A stretch of 63,979 nucleotides of DNA, filler included, from Choristocarpus tenellus KU-1152 (lineage: Eukaryota; Protista; Phaeophyceae): NCBI GenBank assembly GCA_964200185.2. It is 9 parts of 9 records of this genome, joined end to end, with 100 filler letters (N's around TTAATTAATTAA, not from the genome) between each part and the next. Parts side by side here need not be neighbours in the genome. Positions count along the whole stretch, not along the records: positions 34,399 to 40,208 come from CAXNAD020009699.1; positions 40,309 to 43,386 come from CAXNAD020022480.1; positions 43,487 to 55,697 come from CAXNAD020001921.1; 6 more parts are not named here. The stretch is one strand, 5' to 3'. A program made the position numbers and the translations under genes. Numbering within the stretch: position 1 is the first letter of the stretch; every line of letters begins with the position of its first letter. The notes beneath the pieces are model-generated. The model worked only from the letters and a program-made list of their open reading frames with translations. It did no database searches and had not been told where the DNA came from. Below are positions 36,444 through 50,202 of the stretch, one piece after another.

Positions 36444-39073
36444 TGAGGCACAACTACCCCATCACTGGCCAGTGGCTGTCACCTGCTGCAATCATTGCTT
36501 GATCCTGTGTAGATGGAACCGATTTAGCGAGCAGAGGACCTTCCAAGTATGGCTTGACTGTATCACGTTGTACCTTATCATTCATGGTTATAATGCATTC
36601 CGAGAGAACATGCAGAGAATGTTATTCCTTTTTTATTGCTAATCCAATCGTTGAACTGCCAATGGCAGAATATGCAGAAGAGATCTTGGTCATCAAGAAC
36701 CTTGTGAGCTGGAACGGCAACCTTGAAGGAACAATTAAGATTGCAAGCATGCACTACGGTCTCCCCTAAGGACAAACCCGACCCTAGCAAAAAAAACAGT
36801 GCACAGCAGTATCATAACTTTTCTTACTCCTTTCAAGTTGGAAATGATGATACTTGTCTTCCGTAAAATTCCCCCCCCAAACTCCTGGGTACTATTCTAG
36901 CCTCTCATCTTGAACATGATGGATGCTGGTCCCTTTCCTAAGCGTGTGGTGGGCACTTGATCTTGCACGGTGGGAACAATATGTCCTGTTACTCTCCATC
37001 CCTTCTTCTGGAAGAGGAAAATGGTGACTTAAGGCGAATTGGATGAGGCAATGAGGACATTTAAATCTGGAAAGAGAAAAAACATTGTAGGGGGGGGAGG
37101 AGAAGGTAGAAGAGGGAGATGAGGAGAGGCGAGCATAGATTTGAAGTCATCCATACCTTTGGACAGTAGCAAGGCAAATATCTAATTGATATTATGTGCA
37201 GTTCTGAAAGGAAAAGATACCGACCTCTCAAGGTTGAAGTTTGCAGAAAAAAAATTGAGTACATAAATTGCAGTTAAAACGAGTTACCTGCTTCTTGCGT
37301 TTGTCCTTCAGACCAAGTGCTTTTTCCTTCTGAAGCTCCCCCATGGTCCCCCAGTAGTGGCAGGAGAAGATCTCCTCCCACCAGCGGTGGAATGTGCAGG
37401 TCCAGCACCGTTGTCCTGGACTTGAAGTAACAGTGAAAGCCTCTTACACACAATTTTGTGCTTTGGACTCTCGATCTTGTCTCTCCACTTCATGAGGTCG
37501 GGGTGACATTGAGGATTGCCCTCCATGAGCTGATATCGACAAAAACACTGTAATATGAGTTGGGGGAAGATCAGGAAGGTGCCACTATGATGATACCTGC
37601 AATATATCCCCACGATAAAGATATGGTCAAGGGTCTCAGATCAGTGCCAAAATGCTCGCATCAAGAAGAAGGAAAGTAAAGAACGAGGAGTAAAACTTGA
37701 ATGAAGTTTCATTCTTGACGTGGTGTGTGTGCTTTTCTAGTGGTAGTGTACCATCTTATTAACAACAAGAAGATGTCTTTCTTTCCACTTGCATTTCCTC
37801 GTTGCTGACTTTAATGCTACAAATGCTAAAAAAACTCCTATCGAGCATGACCTTGATATATGTTGACGTACAGTTCTGCCATTGCACACATGGTGTGTGC
37901 AGGATGAGCGTGATTGAGTCCTCATCCAGAACTTGTCCCTCAGCCAGACTACCCCTGTGCGCCTCCAGTTTCAGATATGTAGTTGTAGTAGGACAATAAA
38001 TTCGAAGTGGTTGCGGTACACCATCCTCTTCAAAGTCTGCAGCTCGGTTTGAAGTATTTCATCTAACCTCGAAAATGATGAGTTGTGTAAAAATGGCAGT
38101 AGTGATACAGATGATGAAAATGGTGATAGCAACAGTGACGGTGGTGATGGTGTAGACTGTGGGAATGGTGCAAATGGTGTCATATGCTCTCGGTGGGGGC
38201 ATAGGAAGAGGTGGAAACGGAGTGGTGGTAGTGTGGGGTGCAGAGTGGTGGTTACATATTTTTTCTTGGCGGGTAGGTATTATACGTTTGTATATTATGT
38301 TGATGGAACCTTAGCCGTGGCAGATGTGATTCCAATGTCTGAAAGAAGGGCAAAGGGGCAGAAATTGTCAAGAAAATGAACACACAGGGCAGTGGAGAGA
38401 ACGAAAAAAAAGAAGCTGCCAAAATCAACTCAGGGGTGTGATCTTGACAAGTGCTGGGGTGGTTACAAAAGGCCTCGCGCCATGCACACATTTTGGAAGC
38501 CATAAAGAGCGCCTGGAAGCATGACGGATGACATAGGAAACTGTCTTCAGGCAGCTACTCTACCACTGAAAGTGCAACTAGTGGCCGGACCGTGAATTGT
38601 AACCTGGCATTTAACTACTCCCAATTCCTTGTGTTTTGTCCCCTCCCTTCACCCATCCATTGATTTCTGTTCATACCTCCCCCCTATCTTGTCCTTTCTT
38701 CCTCCTAGCATGTCCTTCGAACTACAGGTCATAAATGCTTTTTTGGGGGACTGGCATTTGTTGCATGTTGCTTCCAGCCTCAAAGCATGCAGAGGCACTT
38801 TGGAGAGTCCACAAGTGCTGTTAGCCCTTGTTGCACACTTTTTCTATTTTTATGCCGTCTACTCCTTTGATCACACGTCAATACACTTATCACGTACCCA
38901 CCACTCCCTTTCATTCCTCCCAAATTGCAGTCTTCCTTATCCGCTCTTTCATGTTGTTGTATGTCTTATTTTTCGAGTCTCTTACGCATGCACAATGTGG
39001 TTCCTACTACTACATCTACTACCATCACTACCACCACCACTACTCCTATGATTAAGGGAGAGCACAAACCACT

Positions 39074-39331
39074 ATGCCAAAGTATCTTAGAGGGTAGAGC
39101 CGTGTCCGTTTGGGGGCCAAAATCCAATGTTGCGATTTGATGTAATTTTGGTTATCATTTTTATTAGGAGATGTCAATATCTTTGTTCCAGACACTCCCT
39201 TTCACAACGTACACATTTTAGCTACTCAGAAATATTTCAGAGTAGCTAAAATGTCATTAAAAACCTGTGGGCGGTTGAGCCCCAAATGGACAAACAGGGC
39301 AAAACTCGTACCCTCTAAGATACTTTCACTC
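39074..39331 (+). mobile_element. MITE family A, full length
   Basis: CAAAGTATCTTAGAGGGTAGAG...GTACCCTCTAAGATACTTTCACTC inverted termini. Confidence 0.9.
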
Positions 39332-40109
39332 ACTTGTACATAGAGGGAGACACGCAATGCACCACACTCAATTGCACATAGCAAACAACTTGATTTGCCA
39401 TTATCACAGTACTTGCAGACGAGCCCAGTTCTCTCTCTCCAAGGTCATTTCAATCGAGACACAAGATGCACTCAACAACATAATATAACATCACAACATC
39501 AGGGTCTTATCTTGGCCAGGCTCTTTGATAGTAACGCAAGCCCCATGTAACACCCCTCCCCCATTTTGTTCCACCTAGGTGCGATAAATCATATCCGAAA
39601 TCCAATGTTTCGAACCTGGTCTGAGTTGAGTTTCGCCATTTTATTAAGAATTCTTCTCTATTGCTAACAGTTTTCAATTATCCTCTGCCACCATCTACCT
39701 CTACCAATGTTGGTTTGTGGAAGATTGAATGGGTCACAAAGCAGAAAACGTTCCAAAATAGGATGATCATGGCGTCATGGGCTTGTGGGACATAGTCTGT
39801 GACTTGTATGGATCAAAACCGAAAAATCTGATTGTGGAAGTGGACCACTGTGGGAATTTGATAATACTTGATTTTACCAAACAAGATCAATGCTTTTGTC
39901 ACACCATCTGAGATGATAGCTAGTGAAGGATTACACAAGTAATGAAGAGATGCCCCAGGAAGATGAACATGGTGCCATGAACTTACGTTAAGTAGGTTGG
40001 TTGTCGTTGGTGAAATAGTGTGTGACATAAAAAAAGTTGGAAAACCTGCCAAAGGGAGTGTGCAAGGGAATTATTGGTGATGATGATACGCCGTTTCCCA
40101 CCTACACCA

Positions 40110-40361
40110 GACCCAAAGTATCTGTGGGGTGGGTGGGTGGGTATATACCAGGGAGTCCATTTACACCAAAATCAGGAAAAGTGCATTTACATCATCAAAC
40201 AGACGTATNNNNNNNNNNNNNNNNNNNNNNNNNNNNNNNNNNNNNNNNNNNNTTAATTAATTAANNNNNNNNNNNNNNNNNNNNNNNNNNNNNNNNNNNN
40301 NNNNNNNNCAAATGGACACCGTGGTGTAGACCCCCCCCTCCCCCTCCAGATACTTTGAGCC
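40110..40361. mobile_element. Two MITE family B left ends facing each other across a gap
   Basis: 40110-40208 is a + strand left part; 40309-40361 is the reverse complement of a left end. Confidence 0.75.
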
Positions 40362-40829
40362 AGGTTGGAGATGCTGAGTACTCTATTTCCTGGCATGTAT
40401 GCTCCTGGGACAATTTCGTTTGTGTCGCCTTTGGTAGGTATGGGAAACATGATACATGCAAGTCTTGAGGTATTATTTAGTGGGTCAGGCATGGAGAGAG
40501 TCAGGTTCCTCGCCTAGGTATTTTTTCTATACACATTTTGGGCTTTGGATCCTCTTGGCAATGATTCTAGCGCCGCCAATATTGATTTCTACTGTGTGGA
40601 TTAAGTTGTGTCGTCCATTGCTAGTTCTTGATCCTAACCTTTGCTCTCCTCCCTGCGAGCACATATTTTGAAACAATATTTTGCGATTTGAGGCTGTAAA
40701 GAATTTTTCCTGGTTGGAATAGATACAATCAGATGTTCGTTCTTGTCATGTAAGGTAGAAATCATTGAATAAACTACGATGATTCACCATTATTCTTGTT
40801 TGAGTATTTTCCTTTGCCATCATCTTTAG

Positions 40830-43195
40830 CTAAACATTCTGAGGAGAGAACTGAAAGGACTCAGATCAGAACTTCGTAACGCACTCAATGAGGCTGAAGG
40901 ATGGCGTGCAAAGGCAGATGAAGAGGGTAATCAGAAACGCATTCGACTACTCTACAAGGCGGAGGAGGGTGAGCAGAGGGTGAGAGCATAGAGTGATGAC
41001 AAATGGATAAATTTATCGCAACATCTATTTAGTAAACTACGCCACCATGTAGAGAACGGAATGAGATGTCAATATGTTTGCTCACCCTTGAGAGAAGCAG
41101 AGTAATATCTCCCTCTTGTTGATACAAAATCGCATCATGTTATCCCCTCAAACTCCTGTCTATATGTCCTCTTTCCGATACCTATCTCTGCAATATCATT
41201 ATCAACGATGGGCGGTAAAAACGGACATAAACACAATAATATATATCCGTCCATTCAAAGACCTGGCAAAGGCTAGGAGGGATGAAAAGGCTGTGAGGGC
41301 TCAGCTTGAGGAGAGAACAGCAGAAGTAGAGGCTAGCCTGGAGATTGCCTCTGTACTTGAGGTACGACCATTTTGTGTAAGGATTATGGTGTCCTTACAC
41401 ATTCTCCCTGGAGGTCCTCGGCCTCCATTTTTTCTATCTACTGGAATAAGAAACATTGGGCATGTTAGGGTAATGTGATATACTGAGAGGAATGTATTGT
41501 CAGTGGAAGGACCCAAAGTATCTGCGAGGGGTCGGGTGGTCTACACCAGGGTGTCCATTTGGACAAAAATAAGGAAAAGTTCATCTACATTATCCATCTG
41601 ATGTATGGAACGAAATCACCCAAAAATCGCGACATGAAAAAATTGACCCCAAATGGACAGCCGCCACCCCCCCCCTCAGATACTTTGAGTCAGGGTAGAG
41701 AGGGGTTGTGCAACTGCCTAATAAATAAGAAACGTACTGCTTGCAAGGTTTGGAAGGTGCTGTCACCAACTGTAGTGACTTGCCTTGGGGAGAGACTAGG
41801 GGGTGGAGTGAGGATTAGTACTATGAAGTAGACTTTGCTGATGATTGAACTGCTTCTGAGGATGGTCTTAAAACTGTTTGGCTGCACCTTGCCATCATGG
41901 GAGTATGTGGGTTGGCTTGGTTTCAATTCCAAGAGTGGGACTGATTTGTGCAAATTGCTTGAGATCCCTTCAGCGAGGGGTGACACCAACCTGTAAGGCA
42001 GACTGGTACATCGCTATTACCTTAATAAGAAAAAAAGTAGATCCACAATCACCTAAGCTAGATAGAGCTGCAATGGGGTTTGGCTGGTAATCTTGAGCGT
42101 GATGGAATGAAGGCAACTTTCTTCTGTGCTAAGGGGAGAATTTGATGTTTATTGGTTGTGGACGTCAATTTGGAGTGTGACATGAGGAACAGAGGCAAGG
42201 TTGGGAGGATATAAGGGAAGGGTGGGGAGTGGTGAGTACTGCAAAGTTCGATCAAAGTGATGACTGAGGTAATCATCCTGAACACGTCTTTCTCGACTCT
42301 ACAGGTGCTAAGATACATACTGAAGGTTGAGATTTCATAATCAGATATTAAAGTTACTGATATCCCTGATCATAGAGAGGTTGCAAACTGTAGAAACATT
42401 ATCGAGATCTTGGAGGGCTTGGAGTACCGTTTGCACTGATGGGAAGGAGCGAGAATTTGAAAATGTCAACCACCATGGCATGTAGATACTGGGCACGTCG
42501 TGGGTACATGTAATGTCAATTGCGCAATGAAATCACTACAGGTCAACAATTGCAAGAAATGGAGATACATATAACAATAAATATAATAAAAATAAATGGC
42601 ACCTAGCAGGATATATTTTAAATTTCGACAACTTATTATCAATTAGGAGCATGAGCCTGCTTAGGTACTCTGAGAATATTAGGGTTGAGTTCCTGAGTCA
42701 TGAGAGCGGAGTCAATCTCTCTGCTAGGTATGACCTCCCACATGAAGAGAGGATGGTGGGAAGGAAGGAAATGGAGGGGTGGATGGGACTCATCAACCAG
42801 CTTTTTTTTAGCTGTTTGACTCAAACTTTGATATTCTCAGAAGGTACTGGTAGGTATCTAATTCCTCTGTCATGAAGTTGCTCCCCTAGGCACCTGAGCT
42901 GAAAATTTCCAACATTTAATTGATTTTCTGTAACCCATGGCTCTATGCAGCTATGTCTCTGTCAAATATGTGAGGCATTAAAGTGCTCCTTAGCCGGGCT
43001 TAGAGTGTCTCGTGCATGTGTCATGAACTCAGAACATTAACCTGGTGCCCCCCCTGCCGCCCCTCCCGGACTCAAGGAATGGCGGTCCCGTGTTGTGAGT
43101 GGAGAGGTGGTGGAATTGAACAAAGATGAGGAAAAGATTCTACGCTGGTCCTTTGAACAGGCAGATTCACTGCGTGCAGTCAATGCCGAACTAAG
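40830..43195 (+). CDS. Coiled-coil protein, three internal exons
   Basis: 40830-40968 (LNILRRELKGLRSELRNALNEAEGWRAKADEE...), 41261-41361 (DLAKARRDEKAVRAQLEERTAEVEASLEIASVLE) and 43077-43195 (EWRSRVVSGEVVELNKDEEKILRWSFEQADSLRAVNAEL) are phase-compatible and rich in E/R/K/L heptads. Confidence 0.75.
41510..41691 (+). mobile_element. MITE family B (~182 bp), intact intronic copy
   Basis: TIRs GACCCAAAGTATCTG...CAGATACTTTGAGTC with G-rich and C-rich subtermini and internal inverted GTCCATTTGG/CCAAATGGAC. Confidence 0.9.
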
Positions 43196-43227
43196 GTGGG
43201 GAAATGCAACTGCAGTAGGGCACTTAA

Positions 43228-43504
43228 GACCCAAAGTATCTGGGGGAGGGGGGGCTGTCTACACCAGGGTGTCCATTTGGGCCAAAACCACGAATAGTAC
43301 ATTTACATTATACATCCGACGTATGCAACCAAATCACCAAAAAATTGTGACATGAAAAAATTGACCCCAAATGGACAGCCACCCCCNNNNNNNNNNNNNN
43401 NNNNNNNNNNNNNNNNNNNNNNNNNNNNNNTTAATTAATTAANNNNNNNNNNNNNNNNNNNNNNNNNNNNNNNNNNNNNNNNNNNNCCCCAGATACTTTG
43501 GGTC
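43228..43504 (+). mobile_element. MITE family B, interrupted by assembly gap
   Basis: GACCCAAAGTATCTGGGG...CCCCAGATACTTTGGGTC; the body matches the 41510 copy. Confidence 0.85.
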
Positions 43505-45899
43505 AAAATGACTTCAGCTGGTGATCCGTGTTATTTGATGAGTTGTGATGTGATGCTTTGTGACAGCATCGAAATTCCTCCCTCATAGATTTTCTCGTCC
43601 TCATCTCCCTCCATACACATCTTTCCGCTTTGCTCAGGCAAGATGTCTACACTTGTGCTGTCACACGATACACCACCCAGTTCCATCCCTGGTGCTCTGT
43701 AAAACCAACACACACTTGAAGAAGACCAAGAGCAAGGCAAGGGTTTCTTAAATCAGAAATGCTACAAAGAGTGAGAAGCCCTCCCTAGGCTCACCCTGGT
43801 TGATTTCTCCTCATTTTTGCCCCAAAATTGATGTCCACATGGCCTCTCCTGTGCCCTTGATAATGCCCTTGTATCCAGTTTTGACAACCATGGCCCTAAC
43901 ACAGACATTTCTGTCTTACTGAACCAGATGATGTAAGCTTTTAGTCAAATACTCCATGTAACATTCATATCAGAACCTATAGACCCTCACCCTGTTCTTG
44001 ACATCATGTACCTCTTGGCATGGCCACCACCCAGAGTAACCTACTTGTACCTGTACTGGAACCTATCGTCTCCTTGGTACCAATCTGTTGAAGCAATGGA
44101 GCCCACTAGCCACTACCCTATCATGACCTGACCCATGACCTGACCCGTGACCGTCTATCTAGCCTTCACAATAGAAGTATCTATTTGCTCGTTTCTGACA
44201 CTGGCTCCAACCTCGACAAAGGTCTTGACATTTGGACCGATCCCATATTTCCATGGTTAATAGATTGATCGCCAGGAAAACAATACTACTACCAAATCAT
44301 GTTGACTTCAGTTCCTACAAGTGTGCCGATTTTGATTGCACTATCCACAGAAACAACGACATGGTATAGGGAAAGGGGTTCAACTCAAGTGTCCAGCCCC
44401 ACATACGATTTGCCTAGAGTGATTTGATGCGTACTTTCTCCCCCTGGACCCTTGAGAGTGCCAGTAGTCTTCTGAAACACCATCAAGAACATAAGGCATA
44501 TCTGTAAGTGTATTGTGTAGTCAAAATACTTTTCAAAGAACCAACAATGTAAAAGAACCTGTAACTTATCTGCAATGCAATGTAATCTATACACGCTCAT
44601 CCACGCCATGCACATGTGTGGTATCCTTGTGTATACGTACAAAAAGGAATCAAGGGTACTTCTCGAAGTAAACTGATGACTCACCCTCTCTTGATGCCAT
44701 CAAAATCAACAATAATACCAAGCAGGGATTAGGCACAAACACCACAGGGTTCAATTTTTTGGGCAAGCTAGCCCAGGAGCAAGCATCCGAAATATCTGTG
44801 AAGAAACTCATACCCGATGAGGTGAGTCGAAGAACTATATTTCACTCTGGATTTACAACAACAGACTGTATATTCACTGTGACAATTTTTCAGGACTAAC
44901 ATCAGGCCCAGCACAGGATGTCCTACGGAACGGCATCAGGGTGACCAAGTTGCCAGAGCTGGGCAAGAGATTGGAGTGTTTCAAAGGAGGAGGGAAAGGG
45001 CAGAGGCTAGGGTGGGGGAGGCAAATTGGGGCTTGATAAGATTAAAGGAGAGGGAGGAGAAGGGAACTCAGAAAACGGTTTCAGTTTGCGATAGGAAACG
45101 AGGGAGGGTGACCGAGCAATAGGATCATGAAGCAGGGCCTAAGACCACTAAACACATTCTTTTAAAAACGAAACAAATTGAAGGGGTGTGGCACGCACAC
45201 TCTTCTGAAAAAGTGAAGATACTCCGAAAGAAGCACCAAGGTATAAGGGTCAAGATAATATGTATACTCCAGAGCACAGGATTAAGAGGGGAGGGGATAT
45301 TGTATGAACACCAACAATAACACCAATATAGCTGCTGGTGTGTTGCATTGAATCAATAAGAAACAGTTACACCCGACCATCTAAATCTATGTGGTAACAC
45401 TTCATCAACCCTCTGTCACTTGCTGTTGCTATTATGCTGCACAAAAAACGGGTATGTATCCAGGTCTCTGTGCCAGACCTCTTGGAGCACCTACACCTCC
45501 GCAGTTGTAGTTTAGTGGTGTTGTCCAGAGGGGGACTAATAAACAACATCACCTCCATCCATGACACAGAGACGCTACTCAATGGCAGCAGAATTTCAAG
45601 CAACCGAAGCAGAAACAGATCTGTCCTTGGAGAGGGACCAACAAACGATCGATTAGGAGATCTGGCCATGGATAACCAACAGAATACCAGCATGTTGGGG
45701 CAGAATACAAGAACACCACCTTTGAGCCTGGTTGATGGTTTTGTAGCAACTGGTGCACGAACAGTGATCACACGACTGTGGTGTGACAATCAATCCTCTG
45801 TTGTTGACACGGTAAGACAAGTGAAATGGGGCATAATGTGAAGCATTTGTCAAGCATTCTATTTGACAGAGTATGAATTAGTCGGACATCAAGAAGATC

Positions 45900-46450
45900 A
45901 GGGGGGGATATGATTTTGTTATGCACCATGTACTTCAAAGCAGGCACACTAGGAGTGCGCGAGTGTGGTTTGCAAGTAGTGTCTGTACCTTTGAAAGGAG
46001 AAACATACTATATGCTGCCAGTATATATAGGTACAATTTGGTTGGACTGGGACCAAGAGTTCCGTTTTGTCGAAATTACTTCATATAATTGGGTGTGGCA
46101 CCAGTAGATGCAGATCACTTTGAACTTGGATCTAGAGAGTTGTTGGTGAGGACAGGGTGGACGATGGCAGGGAGGAGAAGCAAACACCAGACTGCCCATA
46201 TGTATTCGATAGACCTACAACCTACCACCTCGTCCACATGCTACTTCTTACATGATGCTCAAGTTGGAGATTCACAAGTCTGATAGGCACAGGATGTAGC
46301 AGGTGAAAGAAAAATGGCAGTGTAACGGTGTTGAATATCAGTATGGTGTGTTTCCTGTGTACTTCTTACCCATCCAACAAAGTTTGATGAAAACCTCAGC
46401 CTTGACTCACTTCGCTCTCCATCTTCAGACGCATTACAAGAAAACTTTGA
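45900..46450 (+). mobile_element. Decayed DIRS-type reverse transcriptase fragment
   Basis: Frameshifted motifs MYSIDLQ..YHLVHM (from ~46199) and W.CNGVEYQYGVFP (~46315) resemble the DIRS RT pattern SIDL.DAY.H...W.G..YQ...LPFG. Contains stops; boundaries approximate. Confidence 0.45.
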
Positions 46451-46989
46451 CATTCTTCATGAGGCTGATGTCCAGACCTTACCAGAAATCAAGAATTCTT
46501 AGAGCTAGGGTTAGAGTTAGGAGTAGCGTTTTGCCCTAACGCTAGTCCGAACTCTGAGGTTCGGATTAGTGCTGAGGAAGATATTTCTGTCATTATCAAT
46601 CTGTACTTGCTACTAACTGGTCGTGACTACTGGAACCAACTGCTGTTCCATTCCTATGACAGGTTTTGTTGCTTCAGTTTTATCAGAAACTTCGGGAAGC
46701 CACCCTTGATGGAGAAAAGCGACCAGTCAGTGTAGCCCTACGGGCCTCACAGCTGTGGTTGAAGGATGCCACCCTCAGTGACATATTATCTCTATTGCAG
46801 GTTAGGCTTTCAAACCTTAGGAGTACGGATGCACCTACAAAATAGGACAATTTTCTGGTTTTCTAGGCGCTTCCTTGAAATTATAACACTTACGGATTTT
46901 GGGCTGATTGGTCAGCTGCAAGTCAATTATCTCACTTTATATGTATTGTGTAAACTTCCAATCAAATAATTGGGTGAAAGATTATACCT

Positions 46990-49320
46990 TCGGCTTTAGG
47001 TCGGTGTAGTACTTGTCCTTAGTTGGCATGGTTGTCCGCACACAATCTATCTCGGGAGTGCCTGGACTTGAACCCCAGTGGCAGAGGCCATGTTATATTC
47101 AGACGAGAATTTACTTCAATAGACCACGTAATAAGTGCATTGAGAGAGTACAGCTGCACCTTACTATTCTTGTGCTAAGTCTCAAGAAGGGGGGTATTGA
47201 GAGATCTGGATCATGGTGACGAAGACTCGTTGTGGACAGAGGGGGTATGCCCTAGATTCGAGAGATGACGCAGAGCAACAAGTGGTGGGAATGCTGAACC
47301 CACCACATGAGAAAAAAAAAGCCTTGTATAGGGCAGCGCAATTAGTTGTAGTGCAACAAGTAGTTCATAGAGTAGAAGAAATAGTCCAATGGGTACTGCC
47401 ACCCATCCGACCACAGGTCAATTGACTAAGTAGGGTGTAGGTAGTGGAGAAGTTCCAGACACAAAGTGAGTGGATTAAAAAAGATAGCGCTAGACCTCTA
47501 CGTAAGAATATTCGGATGTTGGCGTCCAATTAAGACTCAGGGCATTTTTTGCGTCCAACTTTTAGAAGTTGGGCAAGGACACTAGGAAAGGCCTTAGAGT
47601 CGATGTAAGCGAGATACCCAGAGTTGCACTTAATGATGTCGGCAAATATGTTCAAAAGTCGGTCGTTGTTACAAATGTGTGTAGGATATTTCCCTAATCA
47701 TGTCCAAGTCTTTCAAACAATAGAGAAATAAACCCTCTCAAGTCGAGCTTAGCATTTCATCCATGGAAATATGGATGATTGCAAAAGATTGAAAAAATGA
47801 CTTATAATCCAAAACGGTCAGAACCTGGGTACCTCTCGTTTACTCTGGCTCTTGATTGTCAGAGAGAGCAGGAGCAGACAAACCCGTCTGACAGAGTTTG
47901 TCTCTAGGTTCAAGGCCAATCTCGAGTTATCGACACCCCAAACCAAGGAATCCTAGGGTGGTGATTAACACTGAAAGAAGTTGAGATTGTCAGTCTTAGA
48001 GTCGCCTGCAGAGGAAAGGATGCAGCAAAACTAGAGGGGAAGGTCAATCAAAGACCATTCTAAGTCCCACGCAACTGCAACAAGGAAGAAAGGGTGGTAA
48101 AATGCCACTAAAGTAATGCTGAAAAGGAAGGGAATCTGAATCCAAATATCAAGAGGAGAAAGTCAGGTTGGTCAGGGGAGAATTGCTTGCAGAGCGGCAG
48201 GCATGCATTCTGCTGATCTTATTATATAGATCGCCATTGGCAACCATATGGATCAAAGTGAGGCAGTTGGGGCTGTCCGCCAAACATTGGGAGTGGGAAA
48301 AGGCAAGGTATTCTACATCATGAAAAGTTGGGGGAAGGAGGGGGAGATCTTCAGCACCTCATGGGTTGGGTAAGGGGGTGTTCTAGTGGGCTCAGTGAGA
48401 TGGTTCCCCGGCAAGTGCCTGTTTCGATCAGCCTGTAGCCCCCACTTTCTCAGCCCCAGATCAACTTCATTACTTCATGCCACGTTTTATTACTAAGCAG
48501 AATATACAAGACCTTGGAATACAATTTCCCCTTTACATGCTGAACTTACTTCGAAAACCCCAAAAGGTGTTCCCAGAAAAATAAATATTCTGTATGAATA
48601 AAAATGGAAGAACCCATTTCAATTTTCAAGGCGGGAAAAGTAGGCCCATGTTTCAAAAACTATGCATATATGCTTATTGAGGGCTGAGATAACTTCACCC
48701 CACCTCATCCTCAAGCATTCTTCACCCTCCACCCCCACCCCCCAAACCAAACCTACCCATTTCCACCACCATCCTCCCTGAAAAGGACACAAAGCGACTT
48801 GGGATTGAAGTAGTAGAGGGCATGCAAGAGGCATTGTCCACGCTGTTTCGAGAGGTGGGCTCAAGTGGTGCAGCCACGAGGAAACCGTTTAGCAGCCCCT
48901 ACTTTTGGGCAAGCTTCCAGGTAAAACCTGCGAGGCAAAGCAGCACCAAGCACCTTGCCCTGGTGGGATATAGCACCTTGCACTGACACCACCAGCCAAT
49001 AAAGGGGGATGAGGTTGCTTGAAGAGGTCACTGGAGGAAAACATGTTTTTGGAGGGATTTGAATACGATTGATGGCGTGTTACAATTTGGGTGGGGTTGG
49101 ACATACTTGCAGCGCATATGTAGGTCTAGGGTGGGATTTGATATTCTATCCACACTGCTACTTCTCTCAAAGCATATGTAATCTGCCAGGCTGTCATCAG
49201 CATGACAATCCAGGACACCAAATACATTGTATTTGTAGCTAGCAGTAAGGTAAGTCCAAGATAATGGTAAAGCCTTGAAGATGCAACCTACCCACAGAAA
49301 ATTAATGGTTGATATGAATC
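46990..49320 (-). mobile_element. Decayed tyrosine-recombinase (DIRS/Ngaro-like) retrotransposon
   Basis: The minus strand shows in order: a degenerate (D)EKSGY (~48450), FMM*NTLPF (~48310), LPMAIYI (~48230, decayed YIDD), then SMHLLRG and ID...TTMPTKDKY (~47140-47010), which resemble the recombinase HSxR and HxGW...Y boxes. Heavily disrupted; boundaries approximate. Confidence 0.5.
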
Positions 49321-49886
49321 AACAAGCTGCATGAAGCAGCTCTCATTGCCTTCTGTCTAACTGTATCAGTCCTTAAATATATATATATATATATATTTAT
49401 TTTTTCCTTGAAGTCACTCCATCGGGGAAATCCCGTTGGTCAGCACTGGCAAATTTAAGGTGTAGGGTGAAACAAAATCACCAAGTTCTTGAAGGTTTAG
49501 CAGGAAATCAGAAAACAGTGTTTTAGGACACACAAATAGTCTGGTGAAGTCTTGGCATAGATAGATCATGGAGGTAGATCTTGACGTTGAGGACAAGAAA
49601 ATATGATATCCAGAGATCATTGTGGGGAAATAATATTTGTAGCATTTATCACGCAAAATATGCAAAATGGGAAGTTCCTTTGACTTAGGGCTCACTTGTG
49701 TACATATTTTAGGGAAAGAATTTCTTTAAAAAAATTAAAGCTCAGTCAACTATAATTGTGAAACAGCGTTCAACAATTAATGTCACCAGTACACCACTGG
49801 CACAATATATTAGCAAACATTGAAGTGTTTGTTCCTTTTCCCAATGAAATTGTGCTTAAAACCGGACCATCCTCCTGTTTCTGCAG

Positions 49887-50170
49887 GCGTTTGGCTCATG
49901 TAGTGCAGTCCAGAGCCTACAGAGCTTGGAGGATGCCGATGAGGAGAGTGAAGATTCCGTAAAGGAACAGGCCATCCATTCCCAGAGCGGAAATACTGGA
50001 AACCGCGACAGTAATGGGGGTGTAGATATCGCCAAATCTGCTCTGGACAAGATAAGAAAGCAGACTTCTTCTCGAATAAGATCAGTAGTTCGTATTGCTG
50101 AGGGGCAAAATACTATGTATTCCAACCCTCACAGTGAGATTGGCAGCAACAGCACAACCCGCAAAACAGA

Positions 50171-50202
<32 letters not shown>

